Source: a virus
Taxonomy: Duplodnaviria; Caudoviricetes
Strand: one strand, 5' to 3'
DNA length: 38,003 nt
Virus record (IMG/VR): IMGVR_UViG_3300016667_000819
Coordinates: 1-38,003 of that record
The notes below the pieces were generated by a model, which was not told where the DNA came from, did not search any database, and saw only the letters and a list, made by a program, of their open reading frames with translations. How positions within the stretch are numbered: position 1 is the first letter of the stretch; every line of letters begins with the position of its first letter. This document shows, in pieces, positions 19,201 to 27,910 of this stretch. Both the position numbers and the translations under genes were made by a program.

Positions 19201-22200
19201 AAGGTTTATTGATTATGAAATTGGAACAGACAGCTATCGCCGGAGACATTGGGGACAAGTTGCTCCAGGAATCACCATTGACATTTATGAATGGATACGA
19301 AGCCTTGTGCCTCCTTCATCTTGGGCAGGCGCTGTTACTGCGGGCAATGCAGCAGCCACAGGGGGAGATCAAACCCCTACAGGAACAGTAAAAGGAGCTA
19401 ATTATCCTTATGTAATGCGCAGTGAGCGTAACGAAAGCGGACAATACACCAATGTCTACTACTTTTGGGTCAAAGGCAAAACCACTGTTCCTAATGTGGC
19501 TGGCCGCAAGATCAGTGTTGCTTCATTGAGCCAAATTTTGGAAAGTCCGCAAACACAAAATCAAAGTTGGTGGGCTGCAATAAGCAACACAGGAGCATTG
19601 CTAGCCAACATTGGAAGCGCCCTTGACGCCAGTAATACAGTGTGGCAAGTGAATTACACCAGTAGAGAAAATGTAGACAAAATCTACAAAGAGTGGACTT
19701 TATTACGGCCCAACGATCCCCTGAGCACACCCACCCTTGAATTGTGGCGTAAGATGTGCGACAGCTTAGTGGAGTTCAACCCCGCAGGCAACAGTGTGCC
19801 CAATTTGCGGCTTCCTGAAATGAGCAAGTATGGTATGCTTACCCGGCCTTCACAAAGTTGGTTCAAGGATGGATCAACTGCACGCAGAGCATTAGTGAAA
19901 AAAATCAACTCATTGCTCAGCAGCAGCGTTGTGCCACCCTTGGACGATCCTGATCGTTTGGGTTGGCTGCCGTATTTTCAATCTGTGGAACCTTTGCCTC
20001 CTCAGAAAAATCAAAAAGCTGATGCTAGAGTAGCAACTGCTGTTTCGTTGGACAGTGTTTACTACCCTGGAGAAAATGGCAAAGGTGCAACATTGACCTA
20101 TGCAGGAACAGCTTTTGGTCCATTGACTGTGGATGGAATAGCCTTGAATTTAGGCGACCGCATACTTGTTAAAAATCAAAACACAACAACAGTAACAAAT
20201 GGCATCGTAACACAAACACCAAATCAAAATGGCATTTATGAAGTAATTGACATAGGGGCTGCGCCCAACACTCCCTGGATTTTAGTAAGGGCTTCTGATT
20301 TTGACAGTTTGAGCAGCAATGTTATTGATGCACAAGTTCGTGTTTTGGAAGGTGCACAGCAATTGTTGCCCACAACATACATTCAAACCAACAAGGACAT
20401 TTTGAAATTTGGTGTTGATCCTCTACAGTGGCAAATTGTGCGACCAGTAAAAGGCATTTTGCCCAACAATTGGGACTATCATGTTGCTTCCTTGGCCGAG
20501 AGAGATGCTTTGATACCCAGCTTGATACCTGGAAACAAAATATTGGTTGATGTCAGTGCCAGCACAAACAATCGGTGGACCATTTGGTTGTATCAAGGAC
20601 AAGGCTCGTTTGCTCTAGAGCGAATGCAAGCATGGGACACTAACCAGGTGTGGAACCTTGTGGATTGGTATGCAAGCAGCTATAGCAGTGAAACACTGAT
20701 TGATATAACAGTGGCTACTCTGGCTGATCGCGATGATCTTGTTGTGGAAAGTGGCACGTTGGTTAAAGTTTTGAACACAGGGAACGGCCGTTGGAATCTT
20801 TTCCAGTACACTCCTGAATCAGATACTGAGTGGACTATTGTTGGTGTCCAAAATGGCAATCTTCAACTCAAGGACAATTTATATGATTACGAAAAATACA
20901 ACATGGGGTTCAACGGTGGAAGTTACGATGTTGATTATCAAGGTTGGGAATATGATACAAGACTGGAATTGAATTTTGTCTTACAAGGGTTGTGGCCAGA
21001 AAGCAACAAAAGCGTGGGCTTGTTGAAAGTTGATTCCAGTATAAATGAACGCAACATTGTGTTCTTTGAGTTAATAAATCATGTGTTGAGTGAACAAAAT
21101 TTTGTGGATTGGTGTTTCAAAACCAGCTTCATAAATTTAAAGGGGTTCAGTCAGCAACTTTTGAGCTCTGCCTACTATGATCCCAGCAAGATCAACAGCT
21201 TGGAAAAATATATTCAAGAGGTCAAACCCTATCACGTTATTATCCGGCAATTTGTTGATTTTCGGGTAAGCTCAGACGTTTGGCAAAGCAGCAGCAGCGA
21301 TTTAGACAAGCCGCCTTTCGTGGATGTCAACAACAACGTGCGAATATTGAATGCAAGTAATCCTGTTGACCTTGCTATTTTGAGCGGAGATACAATTTAC
21401 AAGCCTTGGTTCAACAACTACAAATCCAGCAGCGGTGCTCTTCTTGAAACAGCCACTCTTGTGGGTAATAACACTCAGCAGAGTATTCAATTGAGCATTG
21501 CTACCAAGCCAGAAAATGTTTTGGTTTACTGGAACAACAAACTTACGCAAGCTTGGACTCTACGGGGTGGTGACAACTCCATCATTGATTTGGTTTTTGT
21601 TCCCAAAGCCAGTGAAATTGTCAAAGCGTATGTGTATGCCTCCAGTTACTTGGAGCGGAAGACCATTGTTGGGGATGGAATAACCAACATTGTTGCTATG
21701 ATAAATCCCATAACTTGGCAATTTACACAGGTGCGCTGGAACAATGTGTTGACAAACGACTATGTGATCTCTTTGGAAGATCCCACTGTTGTGGAATTGA
21801 ATTTCACACCTAGTGTGGGAGACATTGTGAGTGTTACGGTGTTTGACACTGAAAACCTCAGTGTGAGAAGCCTGCACACAAGGATAGTTTTGGACAGGCT
21901 GGCATGTGCTCCAGCCCAAAACTACTACAGCCCTGGGTACAGTGATGCCACTATACCCAATCGTGTTGTGGAGACAATTGAACAAATGGAACAGTTGAGC
22001 AACTTGCCCAACGGTGAAATCATTAAAGTTCTTCGAGATAATGTGGGACTTTGGAGTTTGTTCAAGTATAACCTAGGTGTATTTGAGTTGATTGGCTATC
22101 AACTGGACAATGGTGCAGCTAATAGAATTCAAAGCTTGTATCAACCCAGTCCAGGTATGCCACCTGCTAATGATCCATTGCTGATCAGTGGCTGTGCTCC

Positions 22201-25200
22201 AAAAGGAACGGTCTTGGATGGGTTGGACTTCAATCTCAATGGCAGATGGGGAGAACCAGTGTGGGATGGCGTACTGGGTTGGGACAACACTAGCCAAGAA
22301 GTTGATCGCTTGTTTGATCAATATATCAGCGGTGGGCAACGTCCACAATACTGGGTATTCAAAGGCGATGGCGTGCAGTCCAAATTCAGTTTGCCACAAG
22401 CACCGCAAGCACCCAATGATCTAAGGGTTTGGGTTAACGGCGCCCTCCAAAACACACCATTGAATTGGACAATCAAAAATTACATTACTGATGCAGAGGT
22501 TGCCAACCAAGGCACTGGCTATAATGTAAATGACATCTTAACTGTAGTGGGCGGCACATTCACTAGTGCAGCAAAATTGAAAGTTGTCAACACCACTTTG
22601 ACTGGCTCAATTTTGAAACTAGAAGTGGTGTTTCCAGGAGCATATACTGTGACTCCAAGCGGTACAGCAGTGCAAGCGTCTGGTGGCAGCGGTACAAATG
22701 GCACTTTTGTTCTTAGATGGGGTGGCACAAGTCTTGAGTTTGCAGTTCCACCGCCAGCTCCTGTTGCCAAACCCAACATTTGGGTAGCAGAAGCAGGCAG
22801 CACATTTGAAAGCGCATTGGGCGGAACGCTGGATGCAGTATATGATGGGTTGGGTTTGAGTAGGCCACATTTGGAAGGAAATCATCCCGAAGAATTGTTT
22901 CCTTTGTATGCAAAAGAAACATTTGTAATGGATGTTATGAATCAACCCACAGTGGGTTTTGGTAATGTGCTTTGTGAAAGTTGGGTTGGTGACGGCATTA
23001 CTGACAGATTTTTCATTGGCCAGCCTGTGTTCAGTGCTGTTGATATAATTGTCAGTGTAGGTGGAGTTTTAAAAACATTGGGCCCAACTGCTGACTATGT
23101 GTTTGATCCCAGTAGCAACAGCATTGTATTTGTGTTCCCGCCCACAGGCTCAATAACAATAACCAGTTTTGGGTTTGGTGGTGCAACCCCTGGTTTGGGC
23201 AATTGGAGTATTGCGAATCAAGGAATCAATTACAATTTAAATGACACTATATCACTGAGCGATCCATCTGTAACTTACATTTCCACAACGGTGTTGGTAA
23301 CAGCAATACGGGCAACCTCTGTTGTTGTGAATCAACCTGGGTCAGGATATAAGCCAGGGGACTTGTTGTATTTCAAATATGGTAGCGGAAGCCAAACTTT
23401 GGTTGTTAAGGTGGACACAACCACTGCATTTGGTGGTATAGCAGGGCAAATTGTCAGTGTCAGCATTGTGAATGCAGGATATTATACGCAACCCAGCATC
23501 TCTCAAAATGAATGGTACACAAATGGCGACGGAGTAGGGGGATTGATTACTCCTCAATGGGGAGTAGCTGACATAAGGCCTTTGACTCGAGGCAGTTACC
23601 TGAACAAAAACGTGGGATTGCAACAAGTGAGCGTGACCACAAGTAGTGGTGCGCCTGGCTTGGGCACTGGATTCAGCATCAGCAACTACAGCAGTCATCT
23701 ACAAGAAACAAAAACTGTTGTGTTTGATGTGTCCAGCCAACTGATTACAATGGATCAACCCATTGGTGTTAACACTGTTTTGATGACTTGGAATGGCGTG
23801 CCTACAGTGAGCTTTGGTGTAAATCCTGCCAATCAGAGACAAATTGGGTTGGGCTTCACCCCATTGCCAGGTGACACAGTTGTGGTTTTGGTTTATAGCA
23901 GCCAATATCAGAGCCTACAAAAAACTCAAAGTTTGACAGTGAGTTTGCCTGTGTTGTCATATCCTTTGAGCTTGAACACGCCAACAAACCCACTGATTGG
24001 TTTCAATCCTGCTCAAAGCAACAATGCCATTGTGTATGCCAACGGCAAGAGGTTGACGCCACCATACTTGTTCAGTGCCATAGGAGATAACACAACAACT
24101 GTGTATACGTTGGCCATCTCTCCTGATCCCACGTCAGTGGTTAACGTGTGGTTGAATGCATCCTTGCTGGCTGCCACTGAATATTCATTGGCTGGAAATC
24201 AAATCACATTCACAAATCCACCGTTGGATCAAAGCTTCATTTACATTGAAGTGGCTGATCCTGTAGCTCAAAACTATGATTATCAAATCATTGGCACGTC
24301 TCTTGAGTTGGCAAGCTGGGCAGTGGCGGACGGAGATCAGATTGTTGTGCGCACCTGGGGAGAAGACAGCAGCAGTGCCTTCTATAACGACGTATGGCCT
24401 GGTGATCCCAGCAATCTCTTTTTGTTCACCAATACCCCATTGGAATTTTCCAGCGTGCAAGTGTGGCTTAACGGAAATGCGTTAAGCTGGGTGTTGGATT
24501 ATACAATCACCAAAACAGGCAACAGCTGGTATTTGGCGTTGGGCAATCAACACACACTGGGACCAGCAGACAAGCTTCAAGCTTACTACCCCACAGCATT
24601 GCCTAGCAAAGATGGTGTTGCATTTAGGGTATTCACAAATGTTTATCAGGACACACAATACTTGCGTTTGGGTAACGAAGACCGAACAGTGTTGACTCAA
24701 GATTTGAGATGGGATGACAAAGAAATTTTTGTGGCCAATGGCGCGGCTGTTTTGGATCCCAGTGACAAGCGACCTGGTGTGATTTGGATTGAAGGTGAGA
24801 GAATTGAATACTTTGACAAAGCGCCTGCTGCATCTTCACTGTTTCCTCAACAAGCTGTGTTGAGGAAAATCAATCGGGCTACATTAGGCACACCTGGCGG
24901 TATTCCAGATCAGTTTGTGGCGCAGTATTGGAGTGGCACTGGTAACAGCGACTTGTATCCAGTTACTGTCACTAATTTTCCAGAATGGCAAACCGGGCTT
25001 GTTAGTGCGTATGTAATGGTGGATGGCAAGCTTCAAAACAGTTGGAGTTTGGTAAACAATCCACCAAACACAGCACCTGGATTTTATCTGCAATTTCCCT
25101 CCCAAGCTCTTGCTCCAGTATTTGAGCCACCACCTGCTGGCAACAAAAACATTGGATTGATAGTGTTCAAGCAAGACTGGAAAACCACTGGAATTACTCA

Positions 25201-25348
25201 TCCAGTTAACAGTGTTGTGAGAGATGGAAGCTTGCGCCAAGTTATACCAGGAGGCTATCAGTGGCCTTATGGGGCACTGGGCTTGCAATACAGCAGCCTC
25301 TATCAAACACAATTTTTGTTGTCACAACCTGGCTCGATACCAGCATAA
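13292..25348 (+). CDS. Giant virion structural protein, 4018 aa (baseplate-associated, repeat-rich)
   Basis: ATGA coupling to the wedge gene; N-terminal DLLPExxQT, YIxEVKPYH, repeated GDG/VxVNG beta modules, C-terminal GVIWIEGERIEY. Confidence 0.85.
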   Translation: MSDTKRRISDLLPEVLQTDILRKFFAATADHLFQPEKVEYLNNYIGRKPSWYNPKKDFYVAESTKARQDYQVEATAISRSQGSDTVSHILFYEDLLNKLRSQGALTNDHNRLFEQEYYSFGLPCDCDMWLNFQEYVWLSDGPDTISLLDTTDFSAISLQSSFTYTGRYSFASSTSTVIDGTQTPLVFSSGLKVKPTLDLNIQLRDRELIIEGVGRKIYFVDDTNSSLKIRWDNPKEYDSTPWDGVDRLVTPAYVVLQRGSANQNPWSVRNRWFHRDILSQSQTLLPDINTFVAKYPIICFDKTTTLYNFGTTGRGRVSLVDNRTLDLGNLIGRSQSNNNPILVDGISLDDGMTILFTNLSDPLANNRIYRVSGIRSDNKLTLQLLPNGSDVSGAPKNNDSIYVSNGDPLNIFFDTYLRYQTSTSSWVSAQSWKQTVGSQTPLFQLFDTEGNSLSDPSIYPLSNFSGSSLFAYDPSQLAELNQNILQVSANELAFLNTLSTESWTYQPQNTRVDITGYLFWETVDPSSQRVVYQNNWFKSPVLSRQYVVNQYYTTQSQQSFSLDQAPGVGAPGPNAINVEVAGRMLTPAEYTVSGNVLTLAAVAPPYTNVVVKTWQNINNTATNGYFEIPKNLEANPNNQEVTTVTRQNIINHLITVIGNQLNISGNIIGSNNWRDTAQNQSLGTVILQHRAPLLKTMILNSISQTTALTSSNALLDPMVVMQWAQKEYLRFYNKYINSLINLYNSGGITLANPINEWVDRALKSINVGKTLNSPWAMSGFDGVPGRYCSEKSTNPTFVPASATRLGVTPAFVPTAFFDTTQPGAPLSLRCHNGAVVVLKDFNGADLGTIREGLATTADPELLTHPVARAWMQLEVDLFNSLPATYRNPDSAQKLDTRTIFSGKWRTTNYSYKDQLTLMYPIFERWLTTNQLDAFKNTTYQIDDPFSWNYGKCTDQENNPVPGHWRGIYFLFFDTDRPDSAPWEMLGFSQQPSWWTAEYGPAPYSNGNTKLWYDLRDGRIRQGQRQGIDPAYARPGLMQYVPVNEFGELLPPVLAKIVTTSPSEAEARADWKFGDRGPLENVWLTAVDADQIWAQISYLAKPPQFIEYLWDGPRAQQIFASQDTAQWIWKDYKKRVSNSELFVHRENPQNVTTLRSDLSYYGSCGIQHWISEYLINDSRSVSEYFGNVVRNSDVSLGYRAAGFIDGTSVQLLVDSFGLSSNDSLLIPQEDVTNNLIRSASLKEFFYSGVIVEYRGTEGYRVIGYDSYDPNFYIIPSNLTGPKTTVIVDKVRAIEYRVGLPTVKKVPYGTILQTQQEVFDFLVSLGRWQTSQGWLFDEFNPTTGQQQDWSLSGKEFLFWSQGPWAPGNYIALSPLALKTKFATGFGTIQNIGGIVNGSYTILDRGGRPIQVQNIDFLRIDDQVSVRPLNDQGIFGLRLYTTGLEHALLFQNKTIFGDTVYDPLFDVRQSRFKIQTYKSMDWAGRLEAPGYLVTQTTSTIGDRVVVNNQILANFEKTVNDVRKLYNVDVPTPYSFTDSTGVHENTVSALSQSLPQRYNMLATHLVGYQQREYLTNLLVDETTQFQFYQGMIKQKGTKGTIDSLLRNTQLVDSNESFSYYEEYAFRLGTYGSNELIHGIDVLLPQAEVRSNPQLVEFFSGETVDLSYDDTITITPKDSRVLYKSELAPQFSLRDHYGSEAGDLPNSGYVLFSEATYYVKDQQELLGLYQTLQNKNVELQAHDRVWQFIDSAIGWNIYKVCKPSWSIQQTTPVTLNQTTVVTNIPHKLQNGAILVLSGVSGVNGKLDGTFIVFNVTANTFDVQATTEGTGSNGQVLQYWSIRFPTYNDFHTATPPGGWTQRDFAYVDGNRDTPWKVYQKYGVWFEYRSENKKVDTKLLLASTLYNKTTLQTLVHLNIWDPGKGALPGLVSEEVTYRTNWDPASYNAGDPRLYQVDPNSAWGPNQVGETWWDLSTTRFIDYEIGTDSYRRRHWGQVAPGITIDIYEWIRSLVPPSSWAGAVTAGNAAATGGDQTPTGTVKGANYPYVMRSERNESGQYTNVYYFWVKGKTTVPNVAGRKISVASLSQILESPQTQNQSWWAAISNTGALLANIGSALDASNTVWQVNYTSRENVDKIYKEWTLLRPNDPLSTPTLELWRKMCDSLVEFNPAGNSVPNLRLPEMSKYGMLTRPSQSWFKDGSTARRALVKKINSLLSSSVVPPLDDPDRLGWLPYFQSVEPLPPQKNQKADARVATAVSLDSVYYPGENGKGATLTYAGTAFGPLTVDGIALNLGDRILVKNQNTTTVTNGIVTQTPNQNGIYEVIDIGAAPNTPWILVRASDFDSLSSNVIDAQVRVLEGAQQLLPTTYIQTNKDILKFGVDPLQWQIVRPVKGILPNNWDYHVASLAERDALIPSLIPGNKILVDVSASTNNRWTIWLYQGQGSFALERMQAWDTNQVWNLVDWYASSYSSETLIDITVATLADRDDLVVESGTLVKVLNTGNGRWNLFQYTPESDTEWTIVGVQNGNLQLKDNLYDYEKYNMGFNGGSYDVDYQGWEYDTRLELNFVLQGLWPESNKSVGLLKVDSSINERNIVFFELINHVLSEQNFVDWCFKTSFINLKGFSQQLLSSAYYDPSKINSLEKYIQEVKPYHVIIRQFVDFRVSSDVWQSSSSDLDKPPFVDVNNNVRILNASNPVDLAILSGDTIYKPWFNNYKSSSGALLETATLVGNNTQQSIQLSIATKPENVLVYWNNKLTQAWTLRGGDNSIIDLVFVPKASEIVKAYVYASSYLERKTIVGDGITNIVAMINPITWQFTQVRWNNVLTNDYVISLEDPTVVELNFTPSVGDIVSVTVFDTENLSVRSLHTRIVLDRLACAPAQNYYSPGYSDATIPNRVVETIEQMEQLSNLPNGEIIKVLRDNVGLWSLFKYNLGVFELIGYQLDNGAANRIQSLYQPSPGMPPANDPLLISGCAPKGTVLDGLDFNLNGRWGEPVWDGVLGWDNTSQEVDRLFDQYISGGQRPQYWVFKGDGVQSKFSLPQAPQAPNDLRVWVNGALQNTPLNWTIKNYITDAEVANQGTGYNVNDILTVVGGTFTSAAKLKVVNTTLTGSILKLEVVFPGAYTVTPSGTAVQASGGSGTNGTFVLRWGGTSLEFAVPPPAPVAKPNIWVAEAGSTFESALGGTLDAVYDGLGLSRPHLEGNHPEELFPLYAKETFVMDVMNQPTVGFGNVLCESWVGDGITDRFFIGQPVFSAVDIIVSVGGVLKTLGPTADYVFDPSSNSIVFVFPPTGSITITSFGFGGATPGLGNWSIANQGINYNLNDTISLSDPSVTYISTTVLVTAIRATSVVVNQPGSGYKPGDLLYFKYGSGSQTLVVKVDTTTAFGGIAGQIVSVSIVNAGYYTQPSISQNEWYTNGDGVGGLITPQWGVADIRPLTRGSYLNKNVGLQQVSVTTSSGAPGLGTGFSISNYSSHLQETKTVVFDVSSQLITMDQPIGVNTVLMTWNGVPTVSFGVNPANQRQIGLGFTPLPGDTVVVLVYSSQYQSLQKTQSLTVSLPVLSYPLSLNTPTNPLIGFNPAQSNNAIVYANGKRLTPPYLFSAIGDNTTTVYTLAISPDPTSVVNVWLNASLLAATEYSLAGNQITFTNPPLDQSFIYIEVADPVAQNYDYQIIGTSLELASWAVADGDQIVVRTWGEDSSSAFYNDVWPGDPSNLFLFTNTPLEFSSVQVWLNGNALSWVLDYTITKTGNSWYLALGNQHTLGPADKLQAYYPTALPSKDGVAFRVFTNVYQDTQYLRLGNEDRTVLTQDLRWDDKEIFVANGAAVLDPSDKRPGVIWIEGERIEYFDKAPAASSLFPQQAVLRKINRATLGTPGGIPDQFVAQYWSGTGNSDLYPVTVTNFPEWQTGLVSAYVMVDGKLQNSWSLVNNPPNTAPGFYLQFPSQALAPVFEPPPAGNKNIGLIVFKQDWKTTGITHPVNSVVRDGSLRQVIPGGYQWPYGALGLQYSSLYQTQFLLSQPGSIPA

Positions 25349-25351
25349 ATA
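25346..25351 (+). promoter_or_regulatory. Putative late promoter TAAATA
   Basis: Its TAA is the stop of the giant gene; an ATG follows 5 nt later. Confidence 0.55.
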
Positions 25352-25356
25352 TCTCC

Positions 25357-25485
25357 ATGGAACAACACACTGACAAACCTGTTGATGAGAAAGTAGATGA
25401 CTGCCAAAAACTAGTAGTAAGCAGTCATCTACTCATCAAAGATTTAAATTCAAACAAAATAATCCTAGACAAAAGGCTCTCCTAA
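25357..25485 (+). CDS. Small structural-module protein, 42 aa
   Basis: Start re-called to ATG 25357; resembles the N-terminus of the next gene. Confidence 0.65.
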   Translation: MEQHTDKPVDEKVDDCQKLVVSSHLLIKDLNSNKIILDKRLS

Positions 25486-25487
25486 AA

Positions 25488-26072
25488 ATGGAAACTCCCT
25501 TGAACAGCATTACGGGCCACGTTTTGATTCGCGACTTTCAATCCAAGGAAGTTTTAGTGGACAAATACAACGCCATCAATTATGAGAATTTCAGTATTGC
25601 ATTGGCCCAAGGTTTGGCCTATCGCCCTGAAGGCTATATCCAAGAGATGGTTTTTGGAAATGGAGCAGCCGTGGTTTCTGGAGTGGGCACAGTGATTTAT
25701 TTGCCGCCAAATGTTCAGGGATTGGATGCACAGTTGTATAACGAGACATACTACAAAGTAGTAAATGATCTCAGTCCCGACAACACTGATCCCACTCGCA
25801 ATTTTATCAAAGTCATTCACAGACCCGGCACAGTCTACACTGATGTGAAAGTCACATGTGTCCTAGGCTTGGGTGAACCTGCAGGACAAGATGCATTTGA
25901 TACAGCAACAGATGTTTCCAGCCCCTATGTTTTCAACGAGTTGGGCTTGAAAACCAAAAAATCTGCTCCTGACACAGGACTGTTGATCAGTCATGTGGTG
26001 TTTTCACCTGTTCAAAAATCTTTGAATCGTGAAATCGAAGTGGTTTATACAATTCGTATTCAGACAGCGTAA
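25488..26072 (+). CDS. Virion structural (baseplate/tail) protein, 194 aa
   Basis: GHVLIxD...DKxNAIxYEN, MxFGNG, FNELGL, HVVFxPVQKSLNRxIxVxYTIRI; structural context. Confidence 0.75.
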   Translation: METPLNSITGHVLIRDFQSKEVLVDKYNAINYENFSIALAQGLAYRPEGYIQEMVFGNGAAVVSGVGTVIYLPPNVQGLDAQLYNETYYKVVNDLSPDNTDPTRNFIKVIHRPGTVYTDVKVTCVLGLGEPAGQDAFDTATDVSSPYVFNELGLKTKKSAPDTGLLISHVVFSPVQKSLNREIEVVYTIRIQTA

Positions 26073-26103
26073 GTTTTGTTGCCAGCCTAGATCACAAGCT
26101 GCC

Positions 26104-26109
26104 TAAATA
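26104..26109 (+). promoter_or_regulatory. Putative late promoter TAAATA
   Basis: Intergenic, before the fibre gene and its GAGG RBS. Confidence 0.55.
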
Positions 26110-26134
26110 TGAGAAATACTCTGAGGCAACAATT

Positions 26135-27910
26135 ATGACATATGTGATCAACAGTTACAGTGGAACTCCGATTGCATCCATTCCCGACAAAACAATCAAC
26201 ACAACCGCAACATCCTTGCGACTGCCTGGCCGTAATTATCCCAATTATGGTGAGCCTGTTGTGGAAAATTTGGTATGGATGCTGGAAAATTTCGCTGGTG
26301 CTCCAGTATCTGGGCCCACCAATCCAAGAGTTGGGCAATTATGGTATGATGTTGCCAACGCACAATTGAAAGTCTATGATGGCACAGCTTGGAAAAGCGC
26401 AGCTCCTGTGCAGACCACACCTGTTGTGCCACCGCCCCCACCACCAGGACCTCCTCCTCCAGGACCACCCAGTCCTCCCGGACCTGTAAATCCAGTTGAT
26501 GGCGAGCTGTTGTTTGATCAAGCCAAAAAACAACTTTTTATCTATGGGTCAAGTCAATGGAACCTAGTTGGACCTATAGGTGCTGCTGACAGCAATGACG
26601 CCAACAGTCCCAGTATTCCCAGTTATACAAGTGTTGATGCACTGCTTGTAACTGATACCTTAAGTGCAATACACAAGGTTTTGAGATTAACTGTGGGTGG
26701 ACAACTTGTGGCCGTAGTAAGCAACGATGCCACATTCACACCTGCTGCCGCGCCCACCAATCCATTGCAAGGCTTTACAAATGTATATCCTGGTATAACC
26801 TTGAATCCTGCCTTGCCAAATGCTAAATTTTATGGAGAAAGCACTAGCACAGGCTTGGCACAAAACAGTTTGTTCTTGGGAGGCATACCTTCTGGAACCT
26901 ATATGCGCAAGGATCAAACCAATTTACCTATAAATGACAACCTATACAATTTAGGCAGTGCTAGCTTCAAATACAACACAATATACGCTTCCAACTTTGC
27001 AGGCACTGCCTCCAATGCATTGAATGCTGACACGTTGGGTACCCCACCAGTATTGCCTGCAACATTTATGCGCAAGGATGTTACTAACATCCCCACAATA
27101 GATGGAGCCTTTGAACTAGGCAGCTTGAATACGAAGTATTGGACAGTGTTTTCCCACAAATTCTGTGCCGGGTCAACAACTGAATCTGATGGCCTTATGA
27201 AATATGTTTTCAAAGGCGACTTACAAACCGGACTAGGACAAGCTGCTACAAATCAAGTCAGTGTTTTTCTCAGCAATATTGAAACAGCACGGTTTGTAAA
27301 TCGCGGGCTGCGCTTGGGTGATGTCACAGTGACCGCCAATGCCACTGCGGATCCAGCATTCAACGATTCGTTCCTCACTATCAATATGAATCAAGCCAAC
27401 ACTGATGGCATCAACATACGGTCAACAGTAGCTGGTCCAGGCAACCCACAACCAAACACAATGATTAACATGTGGGGCAGTTACGCAGTTGTGCCTTCAA
27501 CTCAAAAAGCTATTTCATTCAAAACCAACACACTATCGGTACTGAATGCCTATGAATCTGGCAGTATTACGTTTGATGACGGTGGCGCATACTATAACAC
27601 TATTTCCGATTACCGACGTAAAACCAATGTTTCTCCCTTGCAGAGTGCCCTTGGTTTGATCCAGCAAGTACAAGCCAAAACCTATAATTGGAAAGATTCA
27701 AGCCAAGACAACAAGAGCATTGGTTTTATTGCACACGAACTTCAAGAGGCCGTTCCTCAAGCAGTACAAGGCGAAAAGGACCAGGTAAACGAACAAGGGC
27801 AACCTATGTATCAATCAGTTGATAACAGTAAGTTAGTTCCTATACTTTGGGCAGCAGTACAAGAGTTAAGCACCAAACTAGCAGCTCTGGAAGCGAAACT
27901 GGCTAGCTAA
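26135..27910 (+). CDS. Tail fibre/spike with C-terminal intramolecular chaperone (peptidase S74), 591 aa
   Basis: N-terminal GRNYxxYGE...LENFA...GQLWYD anchor; SDYRRK, GFIAHEL, LVPILWAAVQEL at the C-terminus. Confidence 0.85.
   Translation: MTYVINSYSGTPIASIPDKTINTTATSLRLPGRNYPNYGEPVVENLVWMLENFAGAPVSGPTNPRVGQLWYDVANAQLKVYDGTAWKSAAPVQTTPVVPPPPPPGPPPPGPPSPPGPVNPVDGELLFDQAKKQLFIYGSSQWNLVGPIGAADSNDANSPSIPSYTSVDALLVTDTLSAIHKVLRLTVGGQLVAVVSNDATFTPAAAPTNPLQGFTNVYPGITLNPALPNAKFYGESTSTGLAQNSLFLGGIPSGTYMRKDQTNLPINDNLYNLGSASFKYNTIYASNFAGTASNALNADTLGTPPVLPATFMRKDVTNIPTIDGAFELGSLNTKYWTVFSHKFCAGSTTESDGLMKYVFKGDLQTGLGQAATNQVSVFLSNIETARFVNRGLRLGDVTVTANATADPAFNDSFLTINMNQANTDGINIRSTVAGPGNPQPNTMINMWGSYAVVPSTQKAISFKTNTLSVLNAYESGSITFDDGGAYYNTISDYRRKTNVSPLQSALGLIQQVQAKTYNWKDSSQDNKSIGFIAHELQEAVPQAVQGEKDQVNEQGQPMYQSVDNSKLVPILWAAVQELSTKLAALEAKLAS

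Noticed and set aside
9942-27213. Many short ORFs inside or antisense to the structural genes
   Set aside because: No RBS or recognisable motifs; expected by chance in alternative frames.
27907-27910. Overlapping convergent stop codons of the fibre gene and thyX
   Set aside because: Ordinary phage compaction; no extra structure seen.
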